A DNA stretch of 64,000 bases from Patescibacteria group bacterium (GCA_022710775.1 JAKLGH010000001.1:69824-133823); one strand, 5' to 3'; positions 1 to 9,180 are shown, counted from the stretch's first letter. The notes: generated by a model not told the origin, from the letters alone. Numbers and translations: made by a program.

Positions 1-1248
1 ATTTTCCCGGCAATGACAAGCCGTCAAGTATACCCTTCCTCAAAACCGTGTCGCGTGCCGCTCTCGCCGCCTTCCTGGCCTTATGGGACAAGATGCATTT
101 TTCCACTATCACCCGGGCATCGCTGGGATTCCTTTCCAGAAAATCCGCCATAGCGTCGGCGACAACCGCTTCCACCGCGCTCTTAGCTTCAGGATTGCCT
201 AGCTTGCCTTTAGTCTGGCCTTCAAACTGCGGTTCATGGATTTTAATTGAAACAACCGAGGTCAACCCTTCGCGAATATCTTCACCCGTCAGATTATCGT
301 CGGTGTTTTTCAGGAAATTATTCTTCCTAACGTAATCGTTAAAAACGCGCGTAATGGCCGAACGGAATCCGGTAAGATGTGTTCCGCCCTCCATCGTTAT
401 GATATTATTGGCAAAGCTTTGCTCAAAACATTCAAATTCGTCAGTATAACGGAAGGCCGCCTCAACCACGATATCGTTCTTTTCGCCGGAACAGTAAAAA
501 ATATTCGGATGAATTGAATTGCGGCCGCGCGTAAGATATTTTATATACGAGTAAAGGCCCCCCTCGAAATAAAAAGAATAGGTCTGCCTGGGTTCCTCCA
601 CTTCGTTGGAAATATTTATCCGAATACCTTTAGTCAAATAAGCCTGCTGGCGCAAATGTCCAATAATCCGCTTGGTATCGTATTTAATTTCATGGAAAAT
701 CTCGGGATCGGCTTCAAAAATCACTTTCGTACCCAGCTTATTGCATTTGTCAACTTTCTTAACAGCCGCCTGCGGCTTGCCTTTTTTGTATTCCTGCACA
801 TACATCCCGCCGTCTCGGCAAACCTCCGCGCGCATCCAGGTCGACAAAGCGCAAACAACCGAAACTCCCACGCCGTGCAATCCGCCGCTCACTTGATAAG
901 CCTTGCCGCCAAACTTGGCGCCGGCATGCAAAGTAGTCATTACGGTCTCAAGCGCGGATTTTTTAGTCTGGGAATGAATGTCAACCGGTATGCCGCGTCC
1001 GTCATCGGCAACGCTGATCCTATTTTGCGGCAAAATTCCGATATCAATAATTTTGCAATGCCCGCCCATTGCTTCATCAAGCGAGTTGTCGACGCATTCC
1101 CAGATCAAATGATGCAAACCGTCAACGCCGGTTGACCCGATATACATACCCGGCCGTTTGCGAACCGGATCCAGGCCTTCCAGGACATAAATATCCTTAG
1201 CCCCGTATGAGGTTTCTTTTTTTTGGGTTTTTTCTTTTTCGTTAGCCA
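1..1248 (-). CDS. gyrB: DNA gyrase subunit B, N-terminal ~416 codons (3' end runs off the left edge of the window)
   Basis: Minus-strand frame is open from ATG 1248..1246 to position 1. It is absent from the ORF track because no stop lies in the window. Translation begins MANEKEKTQKKETSYGAKDIYVLEGLDPVRKRPGMYIGSTG..LHHLIWECVDNSLDEAMGGHC. Further on it reads GGLHGVGVSVVCALS and FEGQTKGKLGN, the GHKL ATPase/transducer motifs of GyrB. Confidence 0.95.
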
Positions 1249-1345
1249 TGGTGTTGATTAAGCTTGGCCAAAGCGATTCTGCTCTGTCCAATCGATTGAG
1301 CGGTACTGGATTTTACCTTTTGCGCGTCAAAAAGTTTAAAAAATA

Positions 1346-1538
1346 GAATTTATATTTTGCATTGGTATTTCGCCTCCCGGGGTACGAACCCCCGGCGGTG
1401 ACCGAAGGAAATCCCGAAGCATTGAGGGGCGACCAGAGGATGTTTCCTCCGGACTCCTCATTTCTGCGCGCTTTTTGCGGGCAGGAAGCCTAAGGCTTCA
1501 TTTTGTTCCCAAGACTTGCCCGGGGTTTATAAATTAAT
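1346..1538 (-). repeat. GC-rich structured intergenic element, copy A (long form), proximal to the gyrB start
   Basis: Near-identical to 1656..1849 and 23847..24040. Starts (plus strand) with the A/T box GAATTTATATTTT followed by ATTTCGCCTCCCGGGGTACGAACCCCCGG and ends CCCGGGGTTTATAAATTAAT. Orientation is given relative to the downstream minus-strand gene. Boundaries +/-5 nt. Confidence 0.9.
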
Positions 1539-1655
1539 CAAAACCTAAACCAAGAAAAACATAATTAATATGTTTTCTTGAACGCACCGCTGTCCAAGAT
1601 CTGTAAAAATCCTCTTTGATTGATTTTAGCTCAAAATCAAAAACAAGTAAATATC

Positions 1656-1849
1656 GAATTTATATTTTTCTATCGGTATTTCGCCTCCCGGGGTACGAAC
1701 CCCCGGCGGTGACCGAAGGAAATCCCGAAGCATTGAGGGGCGACCAGAGGATGTTTCCTCCGGACTCCTCATTTCTGCGCGCTTTTTGCGGGCAGGAAGC
1801 CTAAGGCTTCATTTTGTTCCCAGGACTTGCCCGGGGTCTACAAATTAAT
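1656..1849 (-). repeat. GC-rich structured intergenic element, copy B (long form), in tandem with copy A
   Basis: Essentially identical to copy C (23847..24040) over ~190 nt. Separated from copy A by a 117-nt AT-rich spacer containing two AT hairpins (about 1551..1580 and 1617..1641). Confidence 0.9.
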
Positions 1850-1961
1850 TAAATATGCCGGCCAAGCGACTCTGCCAAGTTAAAAATGCTTGTGCCAGGT
1901 CTTGTCAGAAGGCTTGAAAACAAAAAAACGCCACTTGCGCCAATTATTACTAATGCTTATG

Positions 1962-2033
1962 AGCCGACGGAGGGATTTGAACCCACGACCTACTGTTTAC
2001 AAAACAGTTGCTCTGCCACTGAGCTACGTCGGC
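1962..2033 (-). tRNA. tRNA-Thr (anticodon UGU), no encoded CCA
   Basis: Reverse complement is GCCGACGTAGCTCAGTGGCAGAGCAACTGTTTTGTAAACAGTAGGTCGTGGGTTCAAATCCCTCCGTCGGCT. It has a 7-bp acceptor stem (GCCGACG/CGTCGGC), a D arm GCTC/GAGC, and an anticodon stem ACTGT/ACAGT with loop TTTGTAA (anticodon TGT). The T loop is GGTTCAAATCC with one U-U mismatch in the T stem. Confidence 0.85.
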
Positions 2034-2051
2034 GGCAACCGCGCCGAAACG

Positions 2052-2555
2052 TTATTGCGCTTTTTTCCGCCTGTTCTTCTTTTGCCTGGCCGGTTCGGAT
2101 TTGATCTGGGCTACTTTTTCCACAACGATATTGGTCCGCCTGGCTGCTGCCGTTGTGCGCCTTTTTACAATCTCTTTATTCTTGATCAGGTTTTTGATAT
2201 CGCTCCAGTAATTATCATTAACCGCGGCTTCTTGTTTTTCTTTTGCCTGAACTCGTAATTTTTCAAGGTATGCGCTTGTTTTATTTTCCAGCCTGATCAT
2301 CATAACCCGTACTTTCGAAAGTAATTTTTGCAGAAAGGTCGTATAAGAAAAATCCTTGAACCATTTTTTAAACAAAGGAGCCTGTTTTATCCGGAGTACG
2401 ACCCAATGCCTTGCTTGGCCCGCCACGCCAATTTTGTTCTCCGAGATCTGCGGCTGGCGTTCAATTTGCTCCAAAGCCGGCATTTTCCTTGCCGCTATCG
2501 CCGCGATCGAGATTGTACATCCAAAAAAAATAATGGCCAATATCAAATCGATCAT
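2052..2555 (-). CDS. hypothetical protein with an N-terminal TM helix and a Lys/Arg-rich C-terminus
   Basis: 167-aa ORF directly downstream of tsf on the same strand. N-terminus MIDLILAIIFFGCTISIAAIAA is hydrophobic and the tail is highly basic. No family recognised. Confidence 0.5.
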   Translation of the reverse strand: MIDLILAIIFFGCTISIAAIAARKMPALEQIERQPQISENKIGVAGQARHWVVLRIKQAPLFKKWFKDFSYTTFLQKLLSKVRVMMIRLENKTSAYLEKLRVQAKEKQEAAVNDNYWSDIKNLIKNKEIVKRRTTAAARRTNIVVEKVAQIKSEPARQKKNRRKKAQ

Positions 2556-2569
2556 GTAAAGTTGTTTTC

Positions 2570-3016
2570 CTAAACTTCGAATCTTTCTACCGCGCCTAAA
2601 ACTATGTTTTCACCCAATTTTGCGATAGTTGCTTCAATGAGATCTTTAACCGTTTTGGATGAGTCTTTGATCCATGGTTGGACCAGCCTTGAATCCGCAT
2701 CAGATTGAACGGCTGCGAATTGCAGGCACAATTCGTGAGAAAGATTTTTAAAGTCATCCGATTTTGCCACAAAATCCGATTCGCAATTCAGCCGAATCAT
2801 GACTCCGATCTTTTTATTAGGGTGTATGTAGCTGTCAATGATTCCTTGCTGGGCGTTCCGTCCGCCTTTTCTTGCGGCAACGTCTTTGCCCCATTTCTTT
2901 AGAGTTTCCTTAGCAAGCGCCATATCGCCTCCGCCGGCTTCAAGAGCTTTTTTACATTCCGAAACCGATATTCCGGTCTCTTCGCGCAATTGCTTGATTT
3001 GTTCAATAGTAACCAT
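2570..3016 (-). CDS. tsf: elongation factor Ts (unusually short, 148 aa)
   Basis: The N-terminal UBA-like motif is MVTIEQIKQLREETGISVSECKKALEAGGGDMALAKETL. It is followed by GIIDSYIHPNKKIGVMIRLNCESDFVAKSDDF, typical of EF-Ts. Lies in the conserved rpsB-tsf order. Confidence 0.9.
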   Translation of the reverse strand: MVTIEQIKQLREETGISVSECKKALEAGGGDMALAKETLKKWGKDVAARKGGRNAQQGIIDSYIHPNKKIGVMIRLNCESDFVAKSDDFKNLSHELCLQFAAVQSDADSRLVQPWIKDSSKTVKDLIEATIAKLGENIVLGAVERFEV

Positions 3017-3073
3017 GGTTTGATGGATTATTTACTCCCGGTAGCCTTTTTTGTGGAAATAACCGCCTTTTGA

Positions 3074-3787
3074 TTAAACTGCGGCTTTAGGTTTGGAGGC
3101 AGCCACAACCTCCTTAAGCTTGTCAAGAATATATTTAACCGATGATACCGAATCGTCATTGGCGATAATCGGATAATCCGCTGTTTCAGGATCAATGTTC
3201 ACATCGGCAATCCCGATAACCTTAACGTTGTTCATCTTGGCCTCTTTTACAGCCAATTTATCCTTTTTCATATCAACTACGAAGATGGCATCAGGCATTT
3301 TATCTAAATCCTTGATACCTCCAAGTTTCTTGGCAAGATCTTTGATCTGCTTGCCTATTTCGGCCTGCTCTTTTTTTGTGTATTTATCGAATTCTCCGGC
3401 CGCCTTTTTTCTTTCCAATTCCTTGAAATAATCCAGCCGTTTCTTGATGATCTTAAAATTGGTGAATGTCCCGCCCAACCATCTTTCATTCACATAGGGC
3501 AAGTTCATTTCCAATGCCGCGTCTTGAACCATTTTCTTGAACTGGGTTTTGGTACCAACCAAGATAATTGATTTGCCTTCCGATACCAGGCTTTCAACGT
3601 ATTTTAAAGCCGCTTCGAACTTATCCTGGGTTTTTTCCAGATCGATTAAATAAATGGTGTTCCTCACGCCAAACAAATAAGGCTTCATCTTGGGATGAAT
3701 TTTCGCCTTCTTGTGGCCAAACTGCAATCCGGCTTTGGTCATTTCTTCAACATTAAGATTGAAGGTATTATTATCTTCTTTGTTCAT
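3074..3787 (-). CDS. rpsB: 30S ribosomal protein S2
   Basis: GLQFGHKKAKIHPKMKPYLFGVRNTIYLIDLEKT and VDMKKDKLAVKEAKMNNVKVIGIADVNIDP are S2 signature regions. Confidence 0.95.
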   Translation of the reverse strand: MNKEDNNTFNLNVEEMTKAGLQFGHKKAKIHPKMKPYLFGVRNTIYLIDLEKTQDKFEAALKYVESLVSEGKSIILVGTKTQFKKMVQDAALEMNLPYVNERWLGGTFTNFKIIKKRLDYFKELERKKAAGEFDKYTKKEQAEIGKQIKDLAKKLGGIKDLDKMPDAIFVVDMKKDKLAVKEAKMNNVKVIGIADVNIDPETADYPIIANDDSVSSVKYILDKLKEVVAASKPKAAV

Positions 3788-3867
3788 AATTCAATATTCT
3801 ATCATAGCTCATTTTATTTTTCAATACCAGTAAAGTTGCGCAAAAAACGAAGCGGCTGCCGATTTGC

Positions 3868-3896
3868 TTGCATTCCGCGGCAAAAAAAGATATAAT
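3868..3896 (+). promoter_or_regulatory. candidate sigma70-type promoter for rpmE (TTGCAT-N17-TATAAT)
   Basis: TTGCAT at 3868..3873, 17-nt spacer, TATAAT at 3891..3896, about 55 nt upstream of the rpmE ATG in the rpsB/rpmE divergent intergenic region. Confidence 0.4.
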
Positions 3897-3950
3897 AATT
3901 CAATTAAGAATGAAACTGGCGTCAAATGCCGGTCAATTTATAATTGAGAT

Positions 3951-4184
3951 ATGAAAAAAGATATTCATCCAAAGTACTTCCCGAACGCGCAAGTAAAGTG
4001 CGCCTGCGGCACTACCTATACGGTAGGATCGACCAAGGAATACATGGAAATCGAAATTTGTTCCAGCTGCCATCCTTTTTATACCGGAAAATCGAAAGTA
4101 ATCGATACAATGGGCCGCGTGGACAAGTTCAATAAAAAAATGGCAAAAAAAGAGCAGATGGCATCAAAGAAAAAAGCTGTATAA
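3951..4184 (+). CDS. rpmE: 50S ribosomal protein L31 (Cys-containing, zinc-ribbon type)
   Basis: [41 protein letters not shown] is the L31 signature with CxC...CxxC. Confidence 0.95.
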   Translation: MKKDIHPKYFPNAQVKCACGTTYTVGSTKEYMEIEICSSCHPFYTGKSKVIDTMGRVDKFNKKMAKKEQMASKKKAV

Positions 4185-4204
4185 GGCGGATTTTGATTTA
4201 ATTA

Positions 4205-5308
4205 TTGAGCCAGCCAGCGCCAAATATGCCAGATACAGATTCTCAAAGCTTTACAAAACCCGATTATTACGAATCGGCTAAAGCGGAATACGATAAATTA
4301 ATAGGACAACTCGGCGACCCCGAGCTCATTTCAAATTGGGAAAAATTCGAAGAACTGAGCAAAAAAAAGGCATATTTGGAAAAGCTGTTGGAAAAAGCCC
4401 AGGAATTGCATGAGGTCGAACAAGCAATCAAGGAAAACCTCTCGATCATATCCACCGAAGAAGAACCTGAACTGACTTCCTTGGCCCAAGCGGAAGCCGA
4501 ACAACTGAAAATTCGCAAATCCTGCCTGGCAAAAGAATTGGATGAAATGATCGGCAACGAAAAAAAACCCAAAGGACCCAAGGCTGTGGTTATTGAAGTC
4601 CGGGCCGGCACCGGCGGCGAAGAAGCTGCTCTGTTCGCTGCCGACCTTTTCCGCATGTATTCGCGATTCGCCCAGAATATGGAATGGACGCAAAAGATTT
4701 TGGATTCCAACCAGACGGAAATCGGCGGTATCAAAGAAATCATCTTTGAATTGCGCGGCAATGAGGTATGGAATTACCTGAAATACGAGGCTGGCGTGCA
4801 TCGAATCCAACGTATTCCGCTCACGGAAAAAAGCGGCCGAATCCATACTTCAACGGCCACGGTTGCCGTATTGCCCAAACCCGACGCCGCCGAATTCAAG
4901 ATTAAAAATGAAGATATTAAGGTTGACTTTTTCTGCTCATCCGGGCCGGGCGGCCAATACGTTAATAAACGCGAAAGCGCGGTACGGCTCACTCATAAAC
5001 CAACCGGTTTGGTTGTTTCATCTCAAACCGAACGAAACCAGTTATCCAACCGGGAAAATGCCATGGCGATTTTAGTTTACCGCATCCAGGAACTCAAGCG
5101 CAAAGAGGAAGAGGAAAAGTACGGCGGAGAACGCAAAACCCAGATCGGCGGGGCCAAGCGCAGCGAAAAAATCCGAACCTACAACATACCCCAAGACCGG
5201 ATCACGGATCACCGAATTAAAAAAAGCTGGTACAATATCGATGATGTCATGAACGGCGCATTGAAACCCATCAGCGAAGAATTGATGGAAACCTTGCCAG
5301 ACGAATAA
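4205..5308 (+). CDS. prfA: peptide chain release factor 1
   Basis: GGQ motif SSGPGGQYVNKRESAVRLTHKPTG. RF1-type tripeptide region QRIPLTEKSGRIHTSTATVAVLP (PxT, not the SPF of RF2). The track start at 4205 is TTG; an in-frame ATG 7 codons downstream (..NMPDTD..) is an alternative start. Confidence 0.9.
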   Translation: MSQPAPNMPDTDSQSFTKPDYYESAKAEYDKLIGQLGDPELISNWEKFEELSKKKAYLEKLLEKAQELHEVEQAIKENLSIISTEEEPELTSLAQAEAEQLKIRKSCLAKELDEMIGNEKKPKGPKAVVIEVRAGTGGEEAALFAADLFRMYSRFAQNMEWTQKILDSNQTEIGGIKEIIFELRGNEVWNYLKYEAGVHRIQRIPLTEKSGRIHTSTATVAVLPKPDAAEFKIKNEDIKVDFFCSSGPGGQYVNKRESAVRLTHKPTGLVVSSQTERNQLSNRENAMAILVYRIQELKRKEEEEKYGGERKTQIGGAKRSEKIRTYNIPQDRITDHRIKKSWYNIDDVMNGALKPISEELMETLPDE

Positions 5309-5394
5309 ACCGCACCATGCGCTGCCAATAATATAGTTCTAATTGCGTGCTTTCTTGACCGTATTGCTATCTTAAACGCCCCAGCTGAAATTAA

Positions 5395-5422
5395 ACAAAA
5401 AAAGGCCACAAGCCTTTTTTTT
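5395..5422. terminator. weak bidirectional terminator-like hairpin between convergent prfA and the 5442 gene
   Basis: AAAAAAAGGC-CACAA-GCCTTTTTTTT: a short GGC/GCC stem extended by A:T pairs and flanked by A and T tracts. Confidence 0.35.
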
Positions 5423-5441
5423 GGTTGATGCGTTTATAATT

Positions 5442-6812
5442 TTACTGCCCCTCGATGGCCGCGATGTCGTCAGCGTACCCGGCGGCGATGGCGCACACGT
5501 TGTCGCCGTAGAAGCGGTATTTGGTATTCACAGATCCGGCAAAATAGATCATGGCCGACCGCCATTCGCCATTGTAGGTTTGTGAAGCAGCGCCATAATC
5601 CGATACATAGAGACCGGCAGCCATAAAAGCATCGCGAATATTCCAAGGATCGGCCGGATGACCGGTTATCGCCTTAACCCGGTCGCGATAACCTACCCAA
5701 GTCGCCGGAATAAACTGAGCCGGACCCATAGCGCCTCCCCAGCCAAAGCTCATGGGACAGGAAACCTGCGTCGCGTAAGGGTCGCGTCCTACTTCGGCGG
5801 TTATAGATAAGAACGGCTGAACGTCGCGGTTAGGATTCATCACTTTCGCCAGCGAAGCGCCGGTCCTTATGTTTATGCCCGCCCCCGTTGCGCTGTTCTT
5901 TAAGTAGCACTGGCCGACATTTTTCCCGATATTCGACTCCTGAGTCAGAATAGCCAGCAAAAAGGCCGGTCGGACGCCGACAGTCGCGCCTACCGTTTTG
6001 GCAATGGCATAAGCCTCGGCAAAGTTAGGCGCTTTGGTATTGCCTAATCCGGCCATCTCAAAAATACGGCTTTTGATCTGGGCAACTTTCGCGGCGGTCG
6101 CCTTTTTGTCACTGAGAGATTTTTGGTACTGCGCCTCGGTCATTCTTAAAGTCTGCTCCTGCTCTTTTTTAGTCGTTTCATGCTCCTGCTTTTCCAACAG
6201 CTGGACTTGCACCTGCTTTTCCAGATCTCCTTTCTCATCCTGAAGGCCTAATTTCTGGTCCTCTAAATAGGCTTTCATGTTTTTAATCTCGTTCAGCAAA
6301 TCATCGGAACTCTTGTTTAAGTTTTCCAAATAAACGATATTGTCAAAAAAGTCGGATAGCTCGTCCTCAGCCAAAACTAATTCGGCCAGCGATTTCTTGT
6401 CTTCTTCGTCAACGGTTCTCAATATCGCGGCTAAATTGATTTGCGCTTGCGCGATTCGCTCGCTCGTATCCTGAACAGATTTCTCCGTATCGTTAATCTG
6501 GAGCTTAAGATCGGAGATTACGGCGTTGCTCTGCTTGATCTTCACCGACAGATTCTCGGCTCTTTTTTTAAGGTAGGCAATCTGGCTTTGGAGCGTTTTC
6601 TTCTGGGCCGAAGTCTTTTGAATATCAAGCTCGTCTAAAGCAAGCTGCGCTTCGTATTTTCTCAATAGGATCTCGCAAGCCTCGCGTGTCGCGCAATTTT
6701 CTTCGCTGGCCGGCAAATTCAAAGTGCTTTGCCCGATAACCGGCGCCGTTATAGAAAAAATCAAAAAAATCGCGGGTAACCAGAAAAATGCTTTTTTTGA
6801 AACGAAGCTCAT
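5442..6812 (-). CDS. secreted coiled-coil protein with a C-terminal lytic-transglycosylase-like (SLT/MltB-like) domain
   Basis: N-terminal signal/TM segment (FFWLPAIFLIFSITAPVIG). A coiled-coil region of about 230 aa. The C-terminal region AFLLAILTQESNIGKNVGQCY...SCPMSFGWGGAMGPAQFIPATW resembles the catalytic-Glu region of lytic murein transglycosylases. Confidence 0.6.
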   Translation of the reverse strand: MSFVSKKAFFWLPAIFLIFSITAPVIGQSTLNLPASEENCATREACEILLRKYEAQLALDELDIQKTSAQKKTLQSQIAYLKKRAENLSVKIKQSNAVISDLKLQINDTEKSVQDTSERIAQAQINLAAILRTVDEEDKKSLAELVLAEDELSDFFDNIVYLENLNKSSDDLLNEIKNMKAYLEDQKLGLQDEKGDLEKQVQVQLLEKQEHETTKKEQEQTLRMTEAQYQKSLSDKKATAAKVAQIKSRIFEMAGLGNTKAPNFAEAYAIAKTVGATVGVRPAFLLAILTQESNIGKNVGQCYLKNSATGAGINIRTGASLAKVMNPNRDVQPFLSITAEVGRDPYATQVSCPMSFGWGGAMGPAQFIPATWVGYRDRVKAITGHPADPWNIRDAFMAAGLYVSDYGAASQTYNGEWRSAMIYFAGSVNTKYRFYGDNVCAIAAGYADDIAAIEGQ

Positions 6813-6896
6813 AGTCGGTCTATAATTTACCGCCGCATTTGCGGCTATGTGAATTTACTTTTTACTAATAAGGTTAATCCGAAATGAAAAGATAAT

Positions 6897-7556
6897 CTAT
6901 TTTTTTTCCTCTGATTCAAGTTCTTCTTCCTTCTTTTCCTTTTCGATCTTTTCAACCTCATCAACTTTCTCTTCGATCGGCTTTTCAAGCTCTTCTTCCA
7001 CCTTTTCAACCGGAATAACCAAAGCTATAATTTCTTCCGGATTTTTGACGGCTTTGACGCCCTCCGGCAACACCAGATCTTTTACCAAAATCACTTTTTC
7101 GAAGTCGGTAAGAACATCGATATTCACGTTAATCTGGCTCGGCAAGCGCTGGGGCATTCCCTTAACCGTAATTTCGGAGATATTTTTAACCAAGGTACCT
7201 CCGCTTTCCTTTACCGCCTTTGATTCTCCTTCGAAAACCAGCTCGACTTCGGCCTCGATCTCCTTCGTTAGATCGGGCTGGTATAGATCAACGTGCATCA
7301 ACTTTTCCGTGACGCCATTCCGGTCGATGTCACTGATCAAAACCATATATTTCTCCTTGGAACCTTCAATCTCAAGACTGACCAACGAACTCTGCCCGGC
7401 CATAGAGAGAATTTTTTCTATTTCCTTTCGGTCAACCGACAAATTCAGGTTTTTTAGACCAGGTCCGTACAACACGGCAGGAACGATTCCAACTTCCCTT
7501 AATTCCTCCACTTTTTTTCCGCTTTCTGTTCTGATTTTTGATGTTAATTTAAGCAT
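6897..7556 (-). CDS. rplY: 50S ribosomal protein L25 / general stress protein Ctc form
   Basis: MLKLTSKIRTESGKKVEELREVGIVPAVLYGPG..NLSVD is the L25/Ctc N-terminus, and the tail is acidic. The track ORF extends to 7631; the ATG at 7556 (MLKLTSK) fits the family start better. Confidence 0.85.
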   Translation of the reverse strand: MLKLTSKIRTESGKKVEELREVGIVPAVLYGPGLKNLNLSVDRKEIEKILSMAGQSSLVSLEIEGSKEKYMVLISDIDRNGVTEKLMHVDLYQPDLTKEIEAEVELVFEGESKAVKESGGTLVKNISEITVKGMPQRLPSQINVNIDVLTDFEKVILVKDLVLPEGVKAVKNPEEIIALVIPVEKVEEELEKPIEEKVDEVEKIEKEKKEEELESEEKK

Positions 7557-7637
7557 ATTTTTTCTTATACCATGAAGTACAAACCAAATCAACCCATGGA
7601 GCCGGCCCACATCAGTAAATAACCTTGCCAAAAAACT

Positions 7638-8066
7638 TTATTCAACCTCAAAAGAATTGGAATAAAAAACTTTATCTTCTTTAAAAGAGTCTCCGATCTT
7701 ACAATCAACGCAAGCGCCGATATTTATTCGGTTAATCCCGGTTTCGACTTCGTCGAGCGTGATCTTAAATTTTTTAGTCTCGCTTTTCCCGAGGCAAATA
7801 TCGACAACATCAGTATCCGAGCAGCTATCGTATTCGTAAGATTTCCATTCAGTTTCCCTTTTCTCAACCCGATATGGATAACAGGATGAAAAACATACCG
7901 TGCGGCCATAATTATTCTTAATGCTTACCACCTGGGTATCTCCGGGAGCGTATATTTTTTTATCGGTTCTTATTTCAACGCTCCCGGATTTTCCCAAAAA
8001 AACAGCCAAACCAAGGACGGATATCAGCGCGGCACCTATTAAGATATGAATATAGATGTTTTTCAT
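7638..8066 (-). CDS. hypothetical small secreted or membrane-anchored Cys-rich protein
   Basis: 142-aa ORF with an N-terminal hydrophobic segment (IHILIGAALISVLGLAVFLG) and 7 Cys. No family recognised. Confidence 0.45.
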   Translation of the reverse strand: MKNIYIHILIGAALISVLGLAVFLGKSGSVEIRTDKKIYAPGDTQVVSIKNNYGRTVCFSSCYPYRVEKRETEWKSYEYDSCSDTDVVDICLGKSETKKFKITLDEVETGINRINIGACVDCKIGDSFKEDKVFYSNSFEVE

Positions 8067-8076
8067 TGAAGAAACG

Positions 8077-9180
8077 CTATTTCTCCCTGATAGTAAATTT
8101 CTTTTCCAAGCTCTTTAACGTATCCATCACGCCGGTATACTCCAGTTCGCTCATCGGAAGCATCGCCGGCCCGGAGAAACCTTGCCTTCTGATCCATTCG
8201 GCTTTTTGCGAGACATTATTACGGACGTAATCCCAATAAGGATGGTCGAACGCGTCGGCCGGTTCGGTCAGCTTGCCGTTTTGGACGCAGAAAGCCATGC
8301 AGGAAATAATCGGCGGCCCATCAAAATAAGAAATGCATGAATTTCTCTTTACCGGCATCATTGGACCGTTATGAGAACCTCTCATAAAACCCGCCACATA
8401 ATGTCCGATCGTGTAAGGAGACAATATCTCTCCTGTCGCCGGAAAATCCTTTTGAGTGCGGACCAGCATGACCGGATCGTCTTTACCGACGTATTTTCCC
8501 GCCACATTGTGCAATCGCGTGGTTGAAGCAGCGACAACCTGCTCTCCGGATGCCCGCGACCAAACCGATTCCACGATATACTTCCCATTGTCTCTAAGCA
8601 AAACGGCAATATCGTATATCTCCTCGGGTGATTGCAGCTCGATCACTTTATCCTTGCCGGTATGCTCAACATCCATGATCACGAATTTATAACCCTTTTT
8701 CACAGCCGGAGACAATAACAACCCGGCGTTGTGCATCGGATCGCAAAATCCCAGGTATAGCGGCAGGTTGAACGCACCCGGCTCGGTTTTATCGGCACAA
8801 AACATCAAAAAAGACTCAGCTCCCCGTTCCTCGATATCCATCTCAGCTACCTGGGGCCCCATGCCTTTGATATTTCCCGAGAAAGCGTCAACCAGCAAAT
8901 CCTGGCCGGCTCCGTATAATCCCTGTTTTTTAGCCATGTCCGCGCCGGCGTATAAGGCATCGTAACACAATTTATGAATATCCTTGTTTCCGGCGCCTTT
9001 TTTGTGAGTCAGTAATATTGCTATATCGTCTCCGGTAAATTCCACAAAACTATCGATAAACAGTGTTTTTCCGAATTTTTTTACGTGCCCCTCCACCGCA
9101 TCGAATACCTTCTGGCTTGGCTTAATATGGCCGCCAATTGATCCGATATCTGCTTTAATTATACTTAAGGTTACTTTCAT
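8077..9180 (-). CDS. fbp: bifunctional fructose-1,6-bisphosphate aldolase/phosphatase (class V, archaeal-type FBPase)
   Basis: The N-terminus MKVTLSIIKADIGSIGGHIKPS matches the characteristic start of class V FBPase/aldolase. Length is ~367 aa. GPMMPV and DPMHNAGLLLSP regions are present. Confidence 0.88.
   Translation of the reverse strand: MKVTLSIIKADIGSIGGHIKPSQKVFDAVEGHVKKFGKTLFIDSFVEFTGDDIAILLTHKKGAGNKDIHKLCYDALYAGADMAKKQGLYGAGQDLLVDAFSGNIKGMGPQVAEMDIEERGAESFLMFCADKTEPGAFNLPLYLGFCDPMHNAGLLLSPAVKKGYKFVIMDVEHTGKDKVIELQSPEEIYDIAVLLRDNGKYIVESVWSRASGEQVVAASTTRLHNVAGKYVGKDDPVMLVRTQKDFPATGEILSPYTIGHYVAGFMRGSHNGPMMPVKRNSCISYFDGPPIISCMAFCVQNGKLTEPADAFDHPYWDYVRNNVSQKAEWIRRQGFSGPAMLPMSELEYTGVMDTLKSLEKKFTIREK

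Noticed and set aside
656-1135. 159-aa and 74-aa plus-strand ORFs inside the gyrB region
   Set aside because: They are antisense to an uninterrupted gyrB reading frame with strong family motifs.
1685-1708. T-arm-like hairpin (GGGG-GUUCGUA-CCCC in gene orientation) inside the element, considered as a tRNA or tmRNA fragment
   Set aside because: No acceptor, D or anticodon arms can be built around it. It occurs identically in every element copy, so it is part of the element and not a tRNA gene.
1616-1804. Small ORFs running through the repeated element (also 23739..23963, 23782..24039, 30574..30813)
   Set aside because: Different copies are 'translated' in different frames and strands. The short copy D differs by indels that do not preserve a frame. 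The conserved features are stems and loops, so the element is treated as non-coding.
1886-2258. 72-aa and 122-aa plus-strand ORFs
   Set aside because: They overlap the tRNA-Thr gene and the 3' end of the 2052..2555 gene, and no motifs are present.
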